A stretch of DNA of 64,000 bases from Dehalococcoidia bacterium (GCA_034422595.1 DAOUJO010000013.1:89723-153722); one strand, 5' to 3'; shown: positions 8,077 through 16,639, counted from the stretch's first letter. Notes: generated by a model from the sequence alone, not told the origin. Numbers and translations are program-made.

Positions 8077-8526
8077 ATGAAGTGGCACGGCGGACCGGAG
8101 CGCATCGACGCAGACCGGATGCCGGACTGCGGGGTATGCGACAAGAAGTGCGCGGACTGCAGGGAGCGGACGGCCAACGACGGCTCCGTGAAACCGCTCT
8201 ACCCGGAGTCACGCGGGTTCGAGTTGGATGAGCTGCTCAACTTCGCGACTATCGCGGCCAACGCGGCAGAGCACCAGCTCGATCCCGAGGAGGCGGACGC
8301 TGAGTTCAATGCAGTACTCGTCGACCTGGACGCGGACGATGCCAGCTTCCTCGTGGACCTGATGTTCTATCAACCAACCAGCCCCCTCTTGGGGGGTGCG
8401 CCGAAGTCCTCCCCGGCGCACCCCCCAGCCCCGGCCGGGCGGGTCGCTGAGCAACGCGATCCGATCGACCGGACTGAGTCTGATGAGGAGGGGAAGACTT
8501 ATGACGAGGCTTCAGACACAGCTTAG
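8077..8526 (+). CDS. Hypothetical acidic protein with N-terminal CxxCxxxCxxC
   Basis: GGAGG at 8066-8070 then ATG 8077; CGVCDKKCADC motif. The 3' part reads through a GC hairpin and may be incidental. Confidence 0.5.
   Translation: MKWHGGPERIDADRMPDCGVCDKKCADCRERTANDGSVKPLYPESRGFELDELLNFATIAANAAEHQLDPEEADAEFNAVLVDLDADDASFLVDLMFYQPTSPLLGGAPKSSPAHPPAPAGRVAEQRDPIDRTESDEEGKTYDEASDTA
8391..8426. repeat. GC-rich hairpin with CCTCCC loop, copy A
   Basis: GGGGGGTGCGCCG-AAGTCCTCCC-CGGCGCACCCCCC, perfect 13-bp stem. Confidence 0.85.
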
Positions 8527-8624
8527 ACACGAAGCATCTACCCGTAGGAAAACCACGGATGGTACCGCTATGATGGTGCTCGGAAGATGCTCTCGCTGGA
8601 GATCCAAATAGCAAGGAGGAAAGA

Positions 8625-8807
8625 ATGGTAGATCTGACGGCCTATTCGGTGAAGCTGAAGAAGATGGTGGCCATCAAGGACCCGGAGTTGGTGACCCTGA
8701 AGAACGGACGGAAAGCAGTCCGCGGTGTAGCGGCTGAGGATCCGTCCAGCAAGGTCATCAGGATAGTGAGTGACAAGCAGGCGGAAGAGATCGGGAACGC
8801 CCGGTGA
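8625..8807 (+). CDS. Small basic DUF5679-like protein lacking all four cysteines
   Basis: AYSVKLKKMVAIKDPELVTLKNGRKAVRGV...SKVIRI matches the remembered family pattern AYCxKC...xTLKNGR...GxCPxCGTKxxRI; AAGGAGG RBS. Confidence 0.72.
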   Translation: MVDLTAYSVKLKKMVAIKDPELVTLKNGRKAVRGVAAEDPSSKVIRIVSDKQAEEIGNAR

Positions 8808-8821
8808 CAGCCGCCTGCTTC

Positions 8822-8927
8822 CGAGTAGCGCCATCGGTAGCGTGAACTCGTCGGACGCCGGCTGGAGTTGCACTTCGGCCTGATGTGCGGCAACGTGAAC
8901 AGTCGGCGTCCCGCGATGGTGTGCTCG
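8822..8927 (+). ncRNA. Candidate structured RNA (long rod-like hairpin) in the 3' region of the DUF5679-like gene
   Basis: 8822-8836 pairs with 8914-8927; 8853-8863 pairs with 8901-8911; inner GTTGC/GCAAC stem; G-U pairs favour the + strand. Family not identified. Confidence 0.4.
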
Positions 8928-8951
8928 TAACTGAACTGGCCCCTCTTGCAA

Positions 8952-8987
8952 GGGGGGTGCGCCGGAGTCCTCCCGGGCGCACCCCCC
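8952..8987. repeat. GC-rich hairpin with CCTCCC loop, copy B
   Basis: GGGGGGTGCGCC-GGAGTCCTCCCG-GGCGCACCCCCC, 12-bp stem; flanks also resemble copy A. Confidence 0.85.
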
Positions 8988-9449
8988 TATCCTGCTTTGG
9001 GCGGCTCACTGAGTCGCACCGTCGGTCCCGCCTGCGCGGGAACATCCAGGTTGAATCCCTGACACGCGCCTGTTGCGCGCCCAACGCACTCCCTCCCTAC
9101 CATGTCTGCATGACTACCCATCCCTTCCCGCGCGTAACACTATGCAACAGGATGAGACACCCCACGCAGGCTCTGACTTTTGAAAACTATGCACACCTTG
9201 TTCGACGAACGCGGGAAGCAGGTCGTGGCCTGCCTGACGCCATCGCAAGGTGCTCAAGGTGCTCAGATCGGGCATGCGGTTCACTCGTAACCCGACCAAC
9301 AAGATGTGCAGATTCCAGCCCGCATTGAACACCTTGCTCACGCCCCGCCCCGAAAACCCGCGTAATCTCCCCATGAATACGCTTGACGCTGGACGCGCGG
9401 AACGCCAATCTAGCGTCTCATCATTTCAGGGTACGGAGGGAAGTGCCCC

Positions 9450-9851
9450 GTGGACACGGCGGAGCAGGTACTGCGCGAGAGCAAGGTCATCGCTGTCGTC
9501 GGCCTGTCGGACAGGCCGGACCGTCCGTCGCACGGGGTCGCGAGGTACATGCAGGAGCACGGCTACCGGATCATCCCGGTGAACCCGAAGCTCACGGGGC
9601 CGGTGCTCGGCGAGCAGCCGTACGCCAGGTTGGAGGACGTGCCGGAGCACGTCGACGTGGTGGACATATTCAGGAGATCGGTGGATGTGCCGCCCGTCGT
9701 GGACGGGGCCATCCGCATAGGAGCCTCCGCTGTGTGGATGCAACTGGGGATATCCCACGGCGAGGCCGGAGCAAGGGCGGAAGCCGCGGGCCTGCGCGTC
9801 GTCATGGACAAGTGCATGGCCATCGAGCACCGCCTGATGAGAGGTCCGTAA
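9450..9851 (+). CDS. CoA-binding domain protein (YccU-like)
   Basis: IAVVGLSDRPDRPSHGV, IPVNP, VDVVDIFR, VWMQLG, VVMDKC motifs. Confidence 0.92.
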   Translation: MDTAEQVLRESKVIAVVGLSDRPDRPSHGVARYMQEHGYRIIPVNPKLTGPVLGEQPYARLEDVPEHVDVVDIFRRSVDVPPVVDGAIRIGASAVWMQLGISHGEAGARAEAAGLRVVMDKCMAIEHRLMRGP

Positions 9852-9910
9852 GCAACAGAGAGACGCCGCCACAAGAGGGGGTGCGTGCGCCGGCGACGGG
9901 AGACGTCGTC

Positions 9911-10744
9911 ATGATCTACCGTGAAGAGGAGCATGTCCGGTTGTTGAAGGAGCAGTCCCGCACAGCAGTGCGCCTGGCGATGAACGGGGACTGGGCGGAG
10001 GCCGCCCGGCTCAACCGCGAGATACTGGAAGCCGCGCCCGATAACGTCGAGGCGATGAACCGCCTTGGCAAGGCGCTCACCGAGCTTGGCGAATTCGGCG
10101 CGGCGCTCGACGCCTTCCGCCGCGCGCTCGTGTTCAGCCCCGACAACCCCATCGCTATCAAGAACGTCGACCGGTTGATGGCCGAGGCCGAGAGCGTATC
10201 GGCCCGCCGATCCGGCAACGGCAACGGTGGCACGCTCAAGCCCCGGATGTTCATCGCGGACCACGGCAAGAGCGCCGACGTAACGCTGCTGGCCTCGACT
10301 GGCGCGGGCAACTCCTCGCCCGGCACGCCCGTGACGCTGGAAGCGAACGGCGCCACCCTCGGTGTCATGGACCCGGATGGCAACTGCCTCGGCCTCGTAC
10401 CCCCGAACATGGCGCGCCGCCTGCTCTGCCTCATGTCGGGCGGCAATCGCTACGAGGGCGCGGTCTCCGGCACGGCGTCCGGCGCGGTGCGCGTCGTGCT
10501 GCGCGAGGCATACCAGCACCCGAGCCAGCGCTCCAGGGTCTCGTTCCCCGCGCAGCCCAGGTCTGTCGAGGAGCCGCTCCTCCCGGCGCTCGACGTCCTC
10601 GATGCGCCTGACACGACGCCGGTCAACGTGCCGGAGGTGCCGCTGTCGCTCCTCGACGACTCGCCGGAACTCGCCGCCGTCGGCGCGGGCATCGGCATCT
10701 TCGACGACGCCCTCCTCCCCGACCTCCCCGAGGACGACGAGTAG
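9911..10744 (+). CDS. Tetratricopeptide-repeat protein with C-terminal beta domain
   Basis: TPR-like helices (PDNVEAMNRLGKALTELGEFGAALDAFRRAL); the ORF-track start at 9383 overlaps the upstream gene, so ATG 9911 is preferred. Confidence 0.75.
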   Translation: MIYREEEHVRLLKEQSRTAVRLAMNGDWAEAARLNREILEAAPDNVEAMNRLGKALTELGEFGAALDAFRRALVFSPDNPIAIKNVDRLMAEAESVSARRSGNGNGGTLKPRMFIADHGKSADVTLLASTGAGNSSPGTPVTLEANGATLGVMDPDGNCLGLVPPNMARRLLCLMSGGNRYEGAVSGTASGAVRVVLREAYQHPSQRSRVSFPAQPRSVEEPLLPALDVLDAPDTTPVNVPEVPLSLLDDSPELAAVGAGIGIFDDALLPDLPEDDE

Positions 10745-10751
10745 GGTACGC

Positions 10752-10828
10752 CGTCGTTCCTGCGCAGGCAGAGACCTCGCTCCTGCCTGTCATTCTGAGC
10801 GGAGCGCAGCGAAGTCGAGGAATCTCTC
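10752..10828. repeat. Two REP-like palindromic units between convergent genes
   Basis: CGTCGTTCCTGCGCAGGCAGAGACCTCGC (10752-10780; near copy at 60197-60225) and TGTCATTCTGAGCGGAGCGCAGCGAAGTCGAGGAATCTCTC (10788-10828; near copy at 39409-39449). Confidence 0.75.
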
Positions 10829-10847
10829 GGGGAACGCCCGGTAGGGC

Positions 10848-12941
10848 CTACGCCTCGCCGAGGCTCTCCGCGAGCAGCTCCAGCAGGTCCTTCGCGGACT
10901 TGCTGCCCTCCTGCCCCTTCGCGCCGATGCCCTCCTCCATCATCTGGAGGCAGAACGGGCAGGAGACCCCGACCGCGTCCGCGCCGGTGTCGAGGAAGTG
11001 GTCGGTGCGGATGTGGTTGACCCGGGTGCCCTGCTCCTCCATCCACATGCGCCCGCCGCCCGCGCCGCAGCAGAAGCCCCGCTCCCGGCAGCGGTCCTCT
11101 CCCATCTCCACGAGCTCCAGCCCGGGGATGGCCCGCGCGATCTCCCGCGGTGCCTCGTAGATGTCGTTGTGGCGTCCCAGGTAGCACGAGTCGTGGTAGG
11201 CGACCGATAGCGGCACGGCCTTCGCGGGCCGGATGCGCCCGTCGCGGATCAGCCCTGCGACGAACTCGGTGTAGTGCGTCACCTCGAAGCGCCCGCCGAA
11301 CTGCGGGTACTCGTTCTTCAGCGTGTTGAAGCAGTGCGGGCAGAGCGTCACGATGCGCCGCACCTCGTAGGCGTTCAGCGTCTCGATGTTCTGCTCCGCC
11401 ATCATCTGGAAGAGGTACTCGTTCCCCATGCGGCGGGCGGGGTCGCCGGTGCACGTCTCCTCGCTCCCGAGCACGCGGTAGCGCACGCCGGCGAGTTTCA
11501 GCACCGACGCCATCGCCCGCGCGACCTGCTGCCCGCGCCCGTCGAGCGCCGCCGTACAGCCGACCCACAGCAGCACGTCGTGCTCCGGGTCGTCGCTCAT
11601 CGCAACTGCGTCCGCGCCCTCCATCCAGTCGGTGCGCGTCGCCTGTGTGCCGCGCCACGGGTGCCCGCGCTGCTCCATGGAGGTGAGCGCGTTCATCGCC
11701 CCCTCGGGCACGTCAGCCTCCTCCATCGTGAGGAGACGGCGCATGTCCACGATGGAGTCGATGTGCTCGACGAAGACGGGGCACGCCTCCATGCACGCCC
11801 GGCAGGTGGTGCACGACCAGAGCACGTCGGTCGTTATCGCGCCGTGAACGAGGTCGAGTTCCGGCGGTGGCGGCTCAGCGTCCGACCCCTGGGCCAGCAG
11901 CACCGGCGCGCGCGACTCCATGTAGGCCTTCGCGTCCTGCACCAGCTTCCGGGGCGAGAGTGGCTTGCCGCTGCGCCACGCGGGGCACTGGTCCTGGCAC
12001 CGCCCGCAGTTCGTGCAGGCGTCATAATCGAGCAACTGCTTCGACGTGAGATCCGTGAGCTCCCGCGCCCCGAACACCTCCAGCGTATCGAGGTCGCCCA
12101 TCGGCCGCAGCGCGCCCTTGGGCCGCGTCACGGAGGAGCGCATCACGAGGTTGAGCGGGCTGACGAAGATGTGCATGAGCGGCCCGAACCGCCATGCCGC
12201 GTAGACGAACGTCGCGGACATCAGCCCAGCGTGCGCCCACCAGAGTACGAAGTGCGAGACCTCCATCGCGTAGACCGTGAACCCCACGCCCCGTATGGCC
12301 ACCGCTATGACCCAGGAGAACGGGGACCAGTACGCCGACGCTACGCTGTACAGGTCGCTCGCCGGCTCCAACTCCGTCGCCGCCATCCGGAGCGACTGCA
12401 GGACGAAGCCGGAGAGCGCGCTCGCCAGCAGCAGTGCCAGCAGCACGTTGTTCTCCAGCATGGTGTTCAGCCGTGGCGGACGCACGACGTACCGCCGCCA
12501 CGCGGCGAGGCCGATGCCCGCGATGAGCATGACGCCGCCGATGTCCCATATCAGCTCGAGCTGCACCCCGATGTTGCGGGTCGGGAAGTGCCAGCCGAGG
12601 TACCGCTCTGCGTTGAACTCGACAGCGTCGAGCGACGTGGCGATGAACAGGATGACGATGCCCCAGAAGATGAGGAAGTGCATCGCGCCGGGGTAGCGCT
12701 CGTTGCGGACGAAGCGCCGGTGGCCTATGGAGTCGATAAACAGCGTGCGGAGCCCGCCGGCGAGCCGCACGCGCCACGGCCCCGCGTCCGGGTTCGGCTT
12801 GCCGAGCCGCCAGTAGCGCGAGCGCTGCCAGAGCGCCCAGGCGATCGCGGCCAGCGCGATGGGGGCGGTGAGATAGACGATCGCCCCCAGCGGATAGCCG
12901 ATGTTCCAGAAGTCGAGTCGTCCGGTCAGTTCAGGCGGCAA
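10848..12941 (-). CDS. Membrane Fe-S oxidoreductase (FadF/HdrD-like: TM domain, 2x[4Fe-4S], two CCG domains)
   Basis: CTNCGRCQDQCP, CTTCRACMEACP, WVGC, ETCTG, CPHC, YHDSCYLGR, FCCGAGGG, CPFC. Confidence 0.88.
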   Translation of the reverse strand: MPPELTGRLDFWNIGYPLGAIVYLTAPIALAAIAWALWQRSRYWRLGKPNPDAGPWRVRLAGGLRTLFIDSIGHRRFVRNERYPGAMHFLIFWGIVILFIATSLDAVEFNAERYLGWHFPTRNIGVQLELIWDIGGVMLIAGIGLAAWRRYVVRPPRLNTMLENNVLLALLLASALSGFVLQSLRMAATELEPASDLYSVASAYWSPFSWVIAVAIRGVGFTVYAMEVSHFVLWWAHAGLMSATFVYAAWRFGPLMHIFVSPLNLVMRSSVTRPKGALRPMGDLDTLEVFGARELTDLTSKQLLDYDACTNCGRCQDQCPAWRSGKPLSPRKLVQDAKAYMESRAPVLLAQGSDAEPPPPELDLVHGAITTDVLWSCTTCRACMEACPVFVEHIDSIVDMRRLLTMEEADVPEGAMNALTSMEQRGHPWRGTQATRTDWMEGADAVAMSDDPEHDVLLWVGCTAALDGRGQQVARAMASVLKLAGVRYRVLGSEETCTGDPARRMGNEYLFQMMAEQNIETLNAYEVRRIVTLCPHCFNTLKNEYPQFGGRFEVTHYTEFVAGLIRDGRIRPAKAVPLSVAYHDSCYLGRHNDIYEAPREIARAIPGLELVEMGEDRCRERGFCCGAGGGRMWMEEQGTRVNHIRTDHFLDTGADAVGVSCPFCLQMMEEGIGAKGQEGSKSAKDLLELLAESLGEA

Positions 12942-13046
12942 TGCACACCCTCGGGAGGAGTCTCGCAGGAGTTTAGCAGGCTACGTGTCAGGAGCGACGC
13001 TGCATGGAGCGTGATGCGGCGGGTCGGTGCTACCATTGACCTGCAC

Positions 13047-13136
13047 GGAGGGATGGCAGAGTGGACGATTGCGGCGGTCTTGAAAACCGCTGTGCCGGCG
13101 ACGGTACCGTGGGTTCGAATCCCACTCCCTCCGCCA
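13047..13136 (+). tRNA. tRNA-Ser (anticodon TGA)
   Basis: GGAGGGA/TCCCTCC acceptor stem, GCGGT-CTTGAAA-ACCGC anticodon arm, long variable arm, GGTTCGAATCC, encoded CCA. Confidence 0.95.
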
Positions 13137-13207
13137 AGCGCCGTGCTGGAGTAAAGTAACCGCATCGTATCCGCCGTCTTCCGTCAGGACGGCGCAAGGA
13201 GGCCATC

Positions 13208-14212
13208 ATGGCTGAGATCGTGCTCGTCGAGGCCTGCTCCCACTCCCCCTTCCTCTTCATGGAGCCGCACCTGTGGAACCAAGTGCGGGCTGCCCGTCCA
13301 CCGCTGCCGGACAACCCGGTGATGTCCGAGGAGGAGAACGCCGCGCAGCACAGGCGCTGCATGGACGCATTCGAGGTGCTGCGCCAGAAGATGGAGGAGG
13401 CGAAACCCGATGTCATCCTCGTCTTCGGCGACGACCAGCAGGAGCTCTTCGGGCTCGACAACTTCCCTGCCTTCGGCATCTTCGTCGGTGACGAGTTCGA
13501 GGGCTACCGCACGAGCGCCCGGACAGGCTTCATCCCCGGCGAGCAGCGGGGCTGGCGCGAGAAGACGTCCGAGACGTGGGTGACGGTGCAGAGCAACCCG
13601 CAACTCGCCCAGGAGCTGGCGGTCGGGCTGACGCACCGCGATTTCGACATCTCGTTCAGCTTCGAGGTGCCGAACAAAGAGCACGGCATGGGGCATGCGT
13701 TCATGCGCCCCTTCACCCGCATCATCCCCGATTTCGACGTCCCGATGATCCCGTTCTTCGTGAACTGCTACTTCGGCCCGCAACCATCGGCCAACCGCTG
13801 CTACCGCCTGGGCAGGGCGGTGCGCGAGGTGATCGAGGCGTCGCCGCTGGACCTGCGCGTGGCCGTCCTCGGCTCGGGCGGGCTGTGGCACACGCCGGGC
13901 AGCCCCACCTCGTGGCTCAACACGGAGTTCGACGAGCGCCTCCTCTCTTACATCCCGAAGGGTGACGGCAAGGGGATGGCGGACGAGTTCGACAGGGAAG
14001 GCGCAACACCGCCCGCGGACTACGGCCCGAAGACGGCCCGCTGGGTCGATGGCGGCACCGGCATGTACACGGGCATCGGGAGCGGCACGGGCGAGTCGCG
14101 CAACTGGGTCGCTGCGGCGGGAGTCGCGGATGGCAAGCCGGGCGTCGTGATCGACTACGTGCCGGTCTTCGCGTCGCCGTGTGGCATGGGCTTCGCCTAC
14201 TGGGAGATGTAG
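13208..14212 (+). CDS. Class III extradiol dioxygenase (LigB superfamily, DesZ-like), copy 1
   Basis: MAEIVL..CSHSP, FGDDQQELF, PFFVNCY..PQPSANRCYRLG, GSGGLWH, GESRNW, GMGFAYW resemble 3-O-methylgallate dioxygenase DesZ. Confidence 0.8.
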   Translation: MAEIVLVEACSHSPFLFMEPHLWNQVRAARPPLPDNPVMSEEENAAQHRRCMDAFEVLRQKMEEAKPDVILVFGDDQQELFGLDNFPAFGIFVGDEFEGYRTSARTGFIPGEQRGWREKTSETWVTVQSNPQLAQELAVGLTHRDFDISFSFEVPNKEHGMGHAFMRPFTRIIPDFDVPMIPFFVNCYFGPQPSANRCYRLGRAVREVIEASPLDLRVAVLGSGGLWHTPGSPTSWLNTEFDERLLSYIPKGDGKGMADEFDREGATPPADYGPKTARWVDGGTGMYTGIGSGTGESRNWVAAAGVADGKPGVVIDYVPVFASPCGMGFAYWEM

Positions 14213-14219
14213 CGCGCCG

Positions 14220-14603
14220 CTACTGGTTCGGGGCCATCGTGCGTATGCCGTAGCGCCGGATGTAGGAGTCGCGTGTCACGAGGACCAGGCCCTCCGCCTG
14301 CGCCTGCGCGATCAGCATCCGGTCGAACGGGTCCCGATGGTGCATCGGCAGCATCGCCGCCTGCTCCGCGTGGAACAGCGTCAATGGAAGGGGCATAAAG
14401 CCGGCTTGTTCCACCACACTGGACAGGTTTTCCGGGGCATCCAGCAGGGCTTTGGCCCGCTTCAGCGCGAGTTCCCAGATGCTTGCAGCGCTTACGAAGA
14501 CCTCGTTGCCAGGGTCAGCGATAGCGACAGTGGCGCGCCCCCCAAGCAGGGGGCTCTGCCATAGGAACCAGAGCAGGACGTGCGAATCGAGCAGCAGTCT
14601 CAT
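14220..14603 (-). CDS. VapC-like PIN-domain toxin
   Basis: LLLDSHVLLW, VSAASIWE, HRDPFDRMLIAQA, LVTRD; 4-nt overlap with the antitoxin. Confidence 0.92.
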   Translation of the reverse strand: MRLLLDSHVLLWFLWQSPLLGGRATVAIADPGNEVFVSAASIWELALKRAKALLDAPENLSSVVEQAGFMPLPLTLFHAEQAAMLPMHHRDPFDRMLIAQAQAEGLVLVTRDSYIRRYGIRTMAPNQ

Positions 14604-14866
14604 TGAAAGAGGGGGTCCTCAGGGTCGTCGCTGTAGAACAGCTCTTCGATCTCCTCGTCTGTCCACTCGAGCAGGTCCCAGTTCGGCTCAGGCCAGCCCT
14701 GCTCTTTCAAGATGCCTGGTTTGCGGGGCTTGCGCTCCTTCTCCTTGTAGGGGAGCAGTTCTAGGTACGGCTTGCCGGCCTTGGCGATGACGACGCGTTC
14801 GCCCTGGCAGGCGAGTTCGCCGAGGCGCGAGAGTTGGGACTTCGCTTCGTGCATGTTGACCTGCAT
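14600..14866 (-). CDS. Phd/YefM-family antitoxin
   Basis: VNMHEAKSQLSRL...GERVVIAKAGKP, acidic tail. Confidence 0.9.
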   Translation of the reverse strand: MQVNMHEAKSQLSRLGELACQGERVVIAKAGKPYLELLPYKEKERKPRKPGILKEQGWPEPNWDLLEWTDEEIEELFYSDDPEDPLFQ

Positions 14867-14877
14867 GCCGAACGCTC

Positions 14878-14901
14878 CTTAGTCGGACTAAGCTTAGCTA
14901 A
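14878..14901. promoter_or_regulatory. Palindromic autoregulatory operator of the Phd-VapC pair
   Basis: CTTAGTC-G-GACTAAG (14878-14892) and TTAGCTAA (14894-14901) just upstream of the antitoxin start. Confidence 0.6.
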
Positions 14902-14943
14902 TCATCCCGACGGTCTGCTGTCAAGCGGGGAACCGGTTGGACC

Positions 14944-15423
14944 TTACCCCGTGCTGCCGTACTGCCCTTCGTGGAAGAGGAGCGCGCCGCCCTCCCTGAC
15001 CTCTACGTGCTCGACCGCTGCCACGAACAGCGTGTGGTCCCCCGCCTCAACGTGCTGCTCGATGTGGCAGACCATGCCCACGAGCGCCTCATCCAGTAGC
15101 GCGACGCCGCTCTCGTGCATCGTGTGCGCCTCGGGCAGCGTCCGGCGCTCCTCGGGTGCGGCGCGACCGTAGAAGTCCGCCACTTCGGCCTGATCGCCAC
15201 GGAGAAAGTTCACTCCGAAGCACCCCTCGCGGCGGAGGTAGTCGCATGTGTTCCCGCCCGTCGCGACGCTCAGCAGCAGCAGCGGCGGGTCGAGCGACAC
15301 GGAGAGGAGCGCGTTCGCGGTGGTGGCATACGGCGCGCCGTCCGGCGAGCGCGTGGTGACGACGCTCACGCCGGTGGGGAACCTGCGCCATGCCTGGCGG
15401 TAGAGGGTGGGGTCGGCTGTCAT
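14944..15423 (-). CDS. Flavin reductase-like (HpaC/DIM6-NTAB) protein
   Basis: RQAWRRFPTGVSVVT, SVSLDPPLL, AGDHTLFV; start taken at ATG 15423. Confidence 0.9.
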   Translation of the reverse strand: MTADPTLYRQAWRRFPTGVSVVTTRSPDGAPYATTANALLSVSLDPPLLLLSVATGGNTCDYLRREGCFGVNFLRGDQAEVADFYGRAAPEERRTLPEAHTMHESGVALLDEALVGMVCHIEQHVEAGDHTLFVAAVEHVEVREGGALLFHEGQYGSTG

Positions 15424-15478
15424 CGGCGTGTAGGATAGAGCATCGGCGCGGCTTGCGCAGGACTGGAGGCCGGGAGCG

Positions 15479-15763
15479 ATGAACGAACAGCAACTGCTAC
15501 GGACCCTGAACTCGGTGGGGATGAGGTGCTTCATCACCTGGTTCAGGCAGTTCTGCGACCCGTCGCTTTCGAACGAGGACGTTGCGGCGCAGATTGAAGA
15601 GGCAGAACGTTACTCCCCCAAAACCTGCCGGAGCCGGACGAGCGGCGCTCGGCGCATCATCAGGGCCGGACGCGGCCGGGATGCGCTGACCATCATCGCC
15701 AACTCCCGAGCGGATGCCTGGACCCGGCAGGAAGCATCGAGGCTCCTGACCTCGCGGGGTTAG
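15479..15763 (+). CDS. Hypothetical small protein
   Basis: 94-aa ORF with RBS and plausible composition; no family recognised. Confidence 0.55.
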   Translation: MNEQQLLRTLNSVGMRCFITWFRQFCDPSLSNEDVAAQIEEAERYSPKTCRSRTSGARRIIRAGRGRDALTIIANSRADAWTRQEASRLLTSRG

Positions 15764-15775
15764 TGGGTAAGCGGC

Positions 15776-16639
15776 CTAACTCACGCCAGCCGCCGTCTTG
15801 ACCCCCAGCCACTCCGGCACCACGCGGAAGAGGTCGTCTTCCTTGTTGTGCCAGCCATGGTCGCCGCCCTCTAGGTGCACCCACGTCACATTCTCCCGCC
15901 CCTCGCAGAGCGCGGCCATGTCGCGGCCGGCGTCGCGCATCCGGGGGTGCGTCTCCTCGGTGCCGGTGAGGATGAGCAGCGGGCACTCGATCTCGTTCGT
16001 GTGCGCCTTCGTGATGTCGTAGTGCTCGGAGCAGTGGCGGTCGAGGTAGACGTCGGCGGAGAAGTACGCGCCGGGGTTGGGGAAGTCCACGAACATGATT
16101 TCGTGGCCGCGCCCGTCGGCGACCAGCGCCTTGGCGTTCTCGTAGTTCCGCAGGTGCTCCTCGCCCATCTCGCAGGCCGAGTAGTACTCGTGGGAGAAGC
16201 GCAGCGGCGCGAGCGATATGACCGCCGCGACGTTCGGGTCCTGGTTCTTCGCCTGTGCGAGCACGACGCGCACCGCCCCCAGGCTGCTGCCCCAGATGCC
16301 CACGCGCTCGTACCCGCGTTCCACCATGAACGCCACCGTCGCCTGCAGGTCCAGGTGGGTCTCGGAGAGCAACTCGTAGACGTTGCCGGTGCGCACCTTG
16401 CCGGCGCGACCGCCCACCACGTCGTGGCCGCGGGTGTTGAAGAGCGCAGTGGGGATGCCCATGTCGCGCAGCTTCGCCGCGCGCGGGTTGGAGGGCGAGA
16501 GGTAGAAGTTGCCGGCGGAGCCGTGCACCATCACCATCGCATCCACGAGCAGGTCCGTCCGGGGCTGCTCGGGCTCCAGCATTATGCCGCTCAGGGTAAC
16601 GCCGTCACTCGTCTTGGTGTGCACCAAGTCAACCAGCAT
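15776..16639 (-). CDS. Alpha/beta-fold hydrolase
   Basis: VHGS oxyanion region, WGSSLG nucleophile elbow, GGDHG catalytic His. Confidence 0.82.
   Translation of the reverse strand: MLVDLVHTKTSDGVTLSGIMLEPEQPRTDLLVDAMVMVHGSAGNFYLSPSNPRAAKLRDMGIPTALFNTRGHDVVGGRAGKVRTGNVYELLSETHLDLQATVAFMVERGYERVGIWGSSLGAVRVVLAQAKNQDPNVAAVISLAPLRFSHEYYSACEMGEEHLRNYENAKALVADGRGHEIMFVDFPNPGAYFSADVYLDRHCSEHYDITKAHTNEIECPLLILTGTEETHPRMRDAGRDMAALCEGRENVTWVHLEGGDHGWHNKEDDLFRVVPEWLGVKTAAGVS

Noticed and set aside
8480-8545. CTGATGAG as a hammerhead ribozyme core
   Set aside because: I could not build the required stem II followed by CGAAA and stems I/III.
8805-8950. SRP RNA or definite 6S RNA call
   Set aside because: No GRAA-capped helix 8 with the CAGG/AGCAG context, and the central bubble is asymmetric. 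Kept only as an unnamed ncRNA candidate.
8930-8995. Group II intron domain V/VI remnant (GGGGGG...CCCCCC-TATCCT)
   Set aside because: No domain V (AGC/CGC triad hairpin) upstream and no RT gene.
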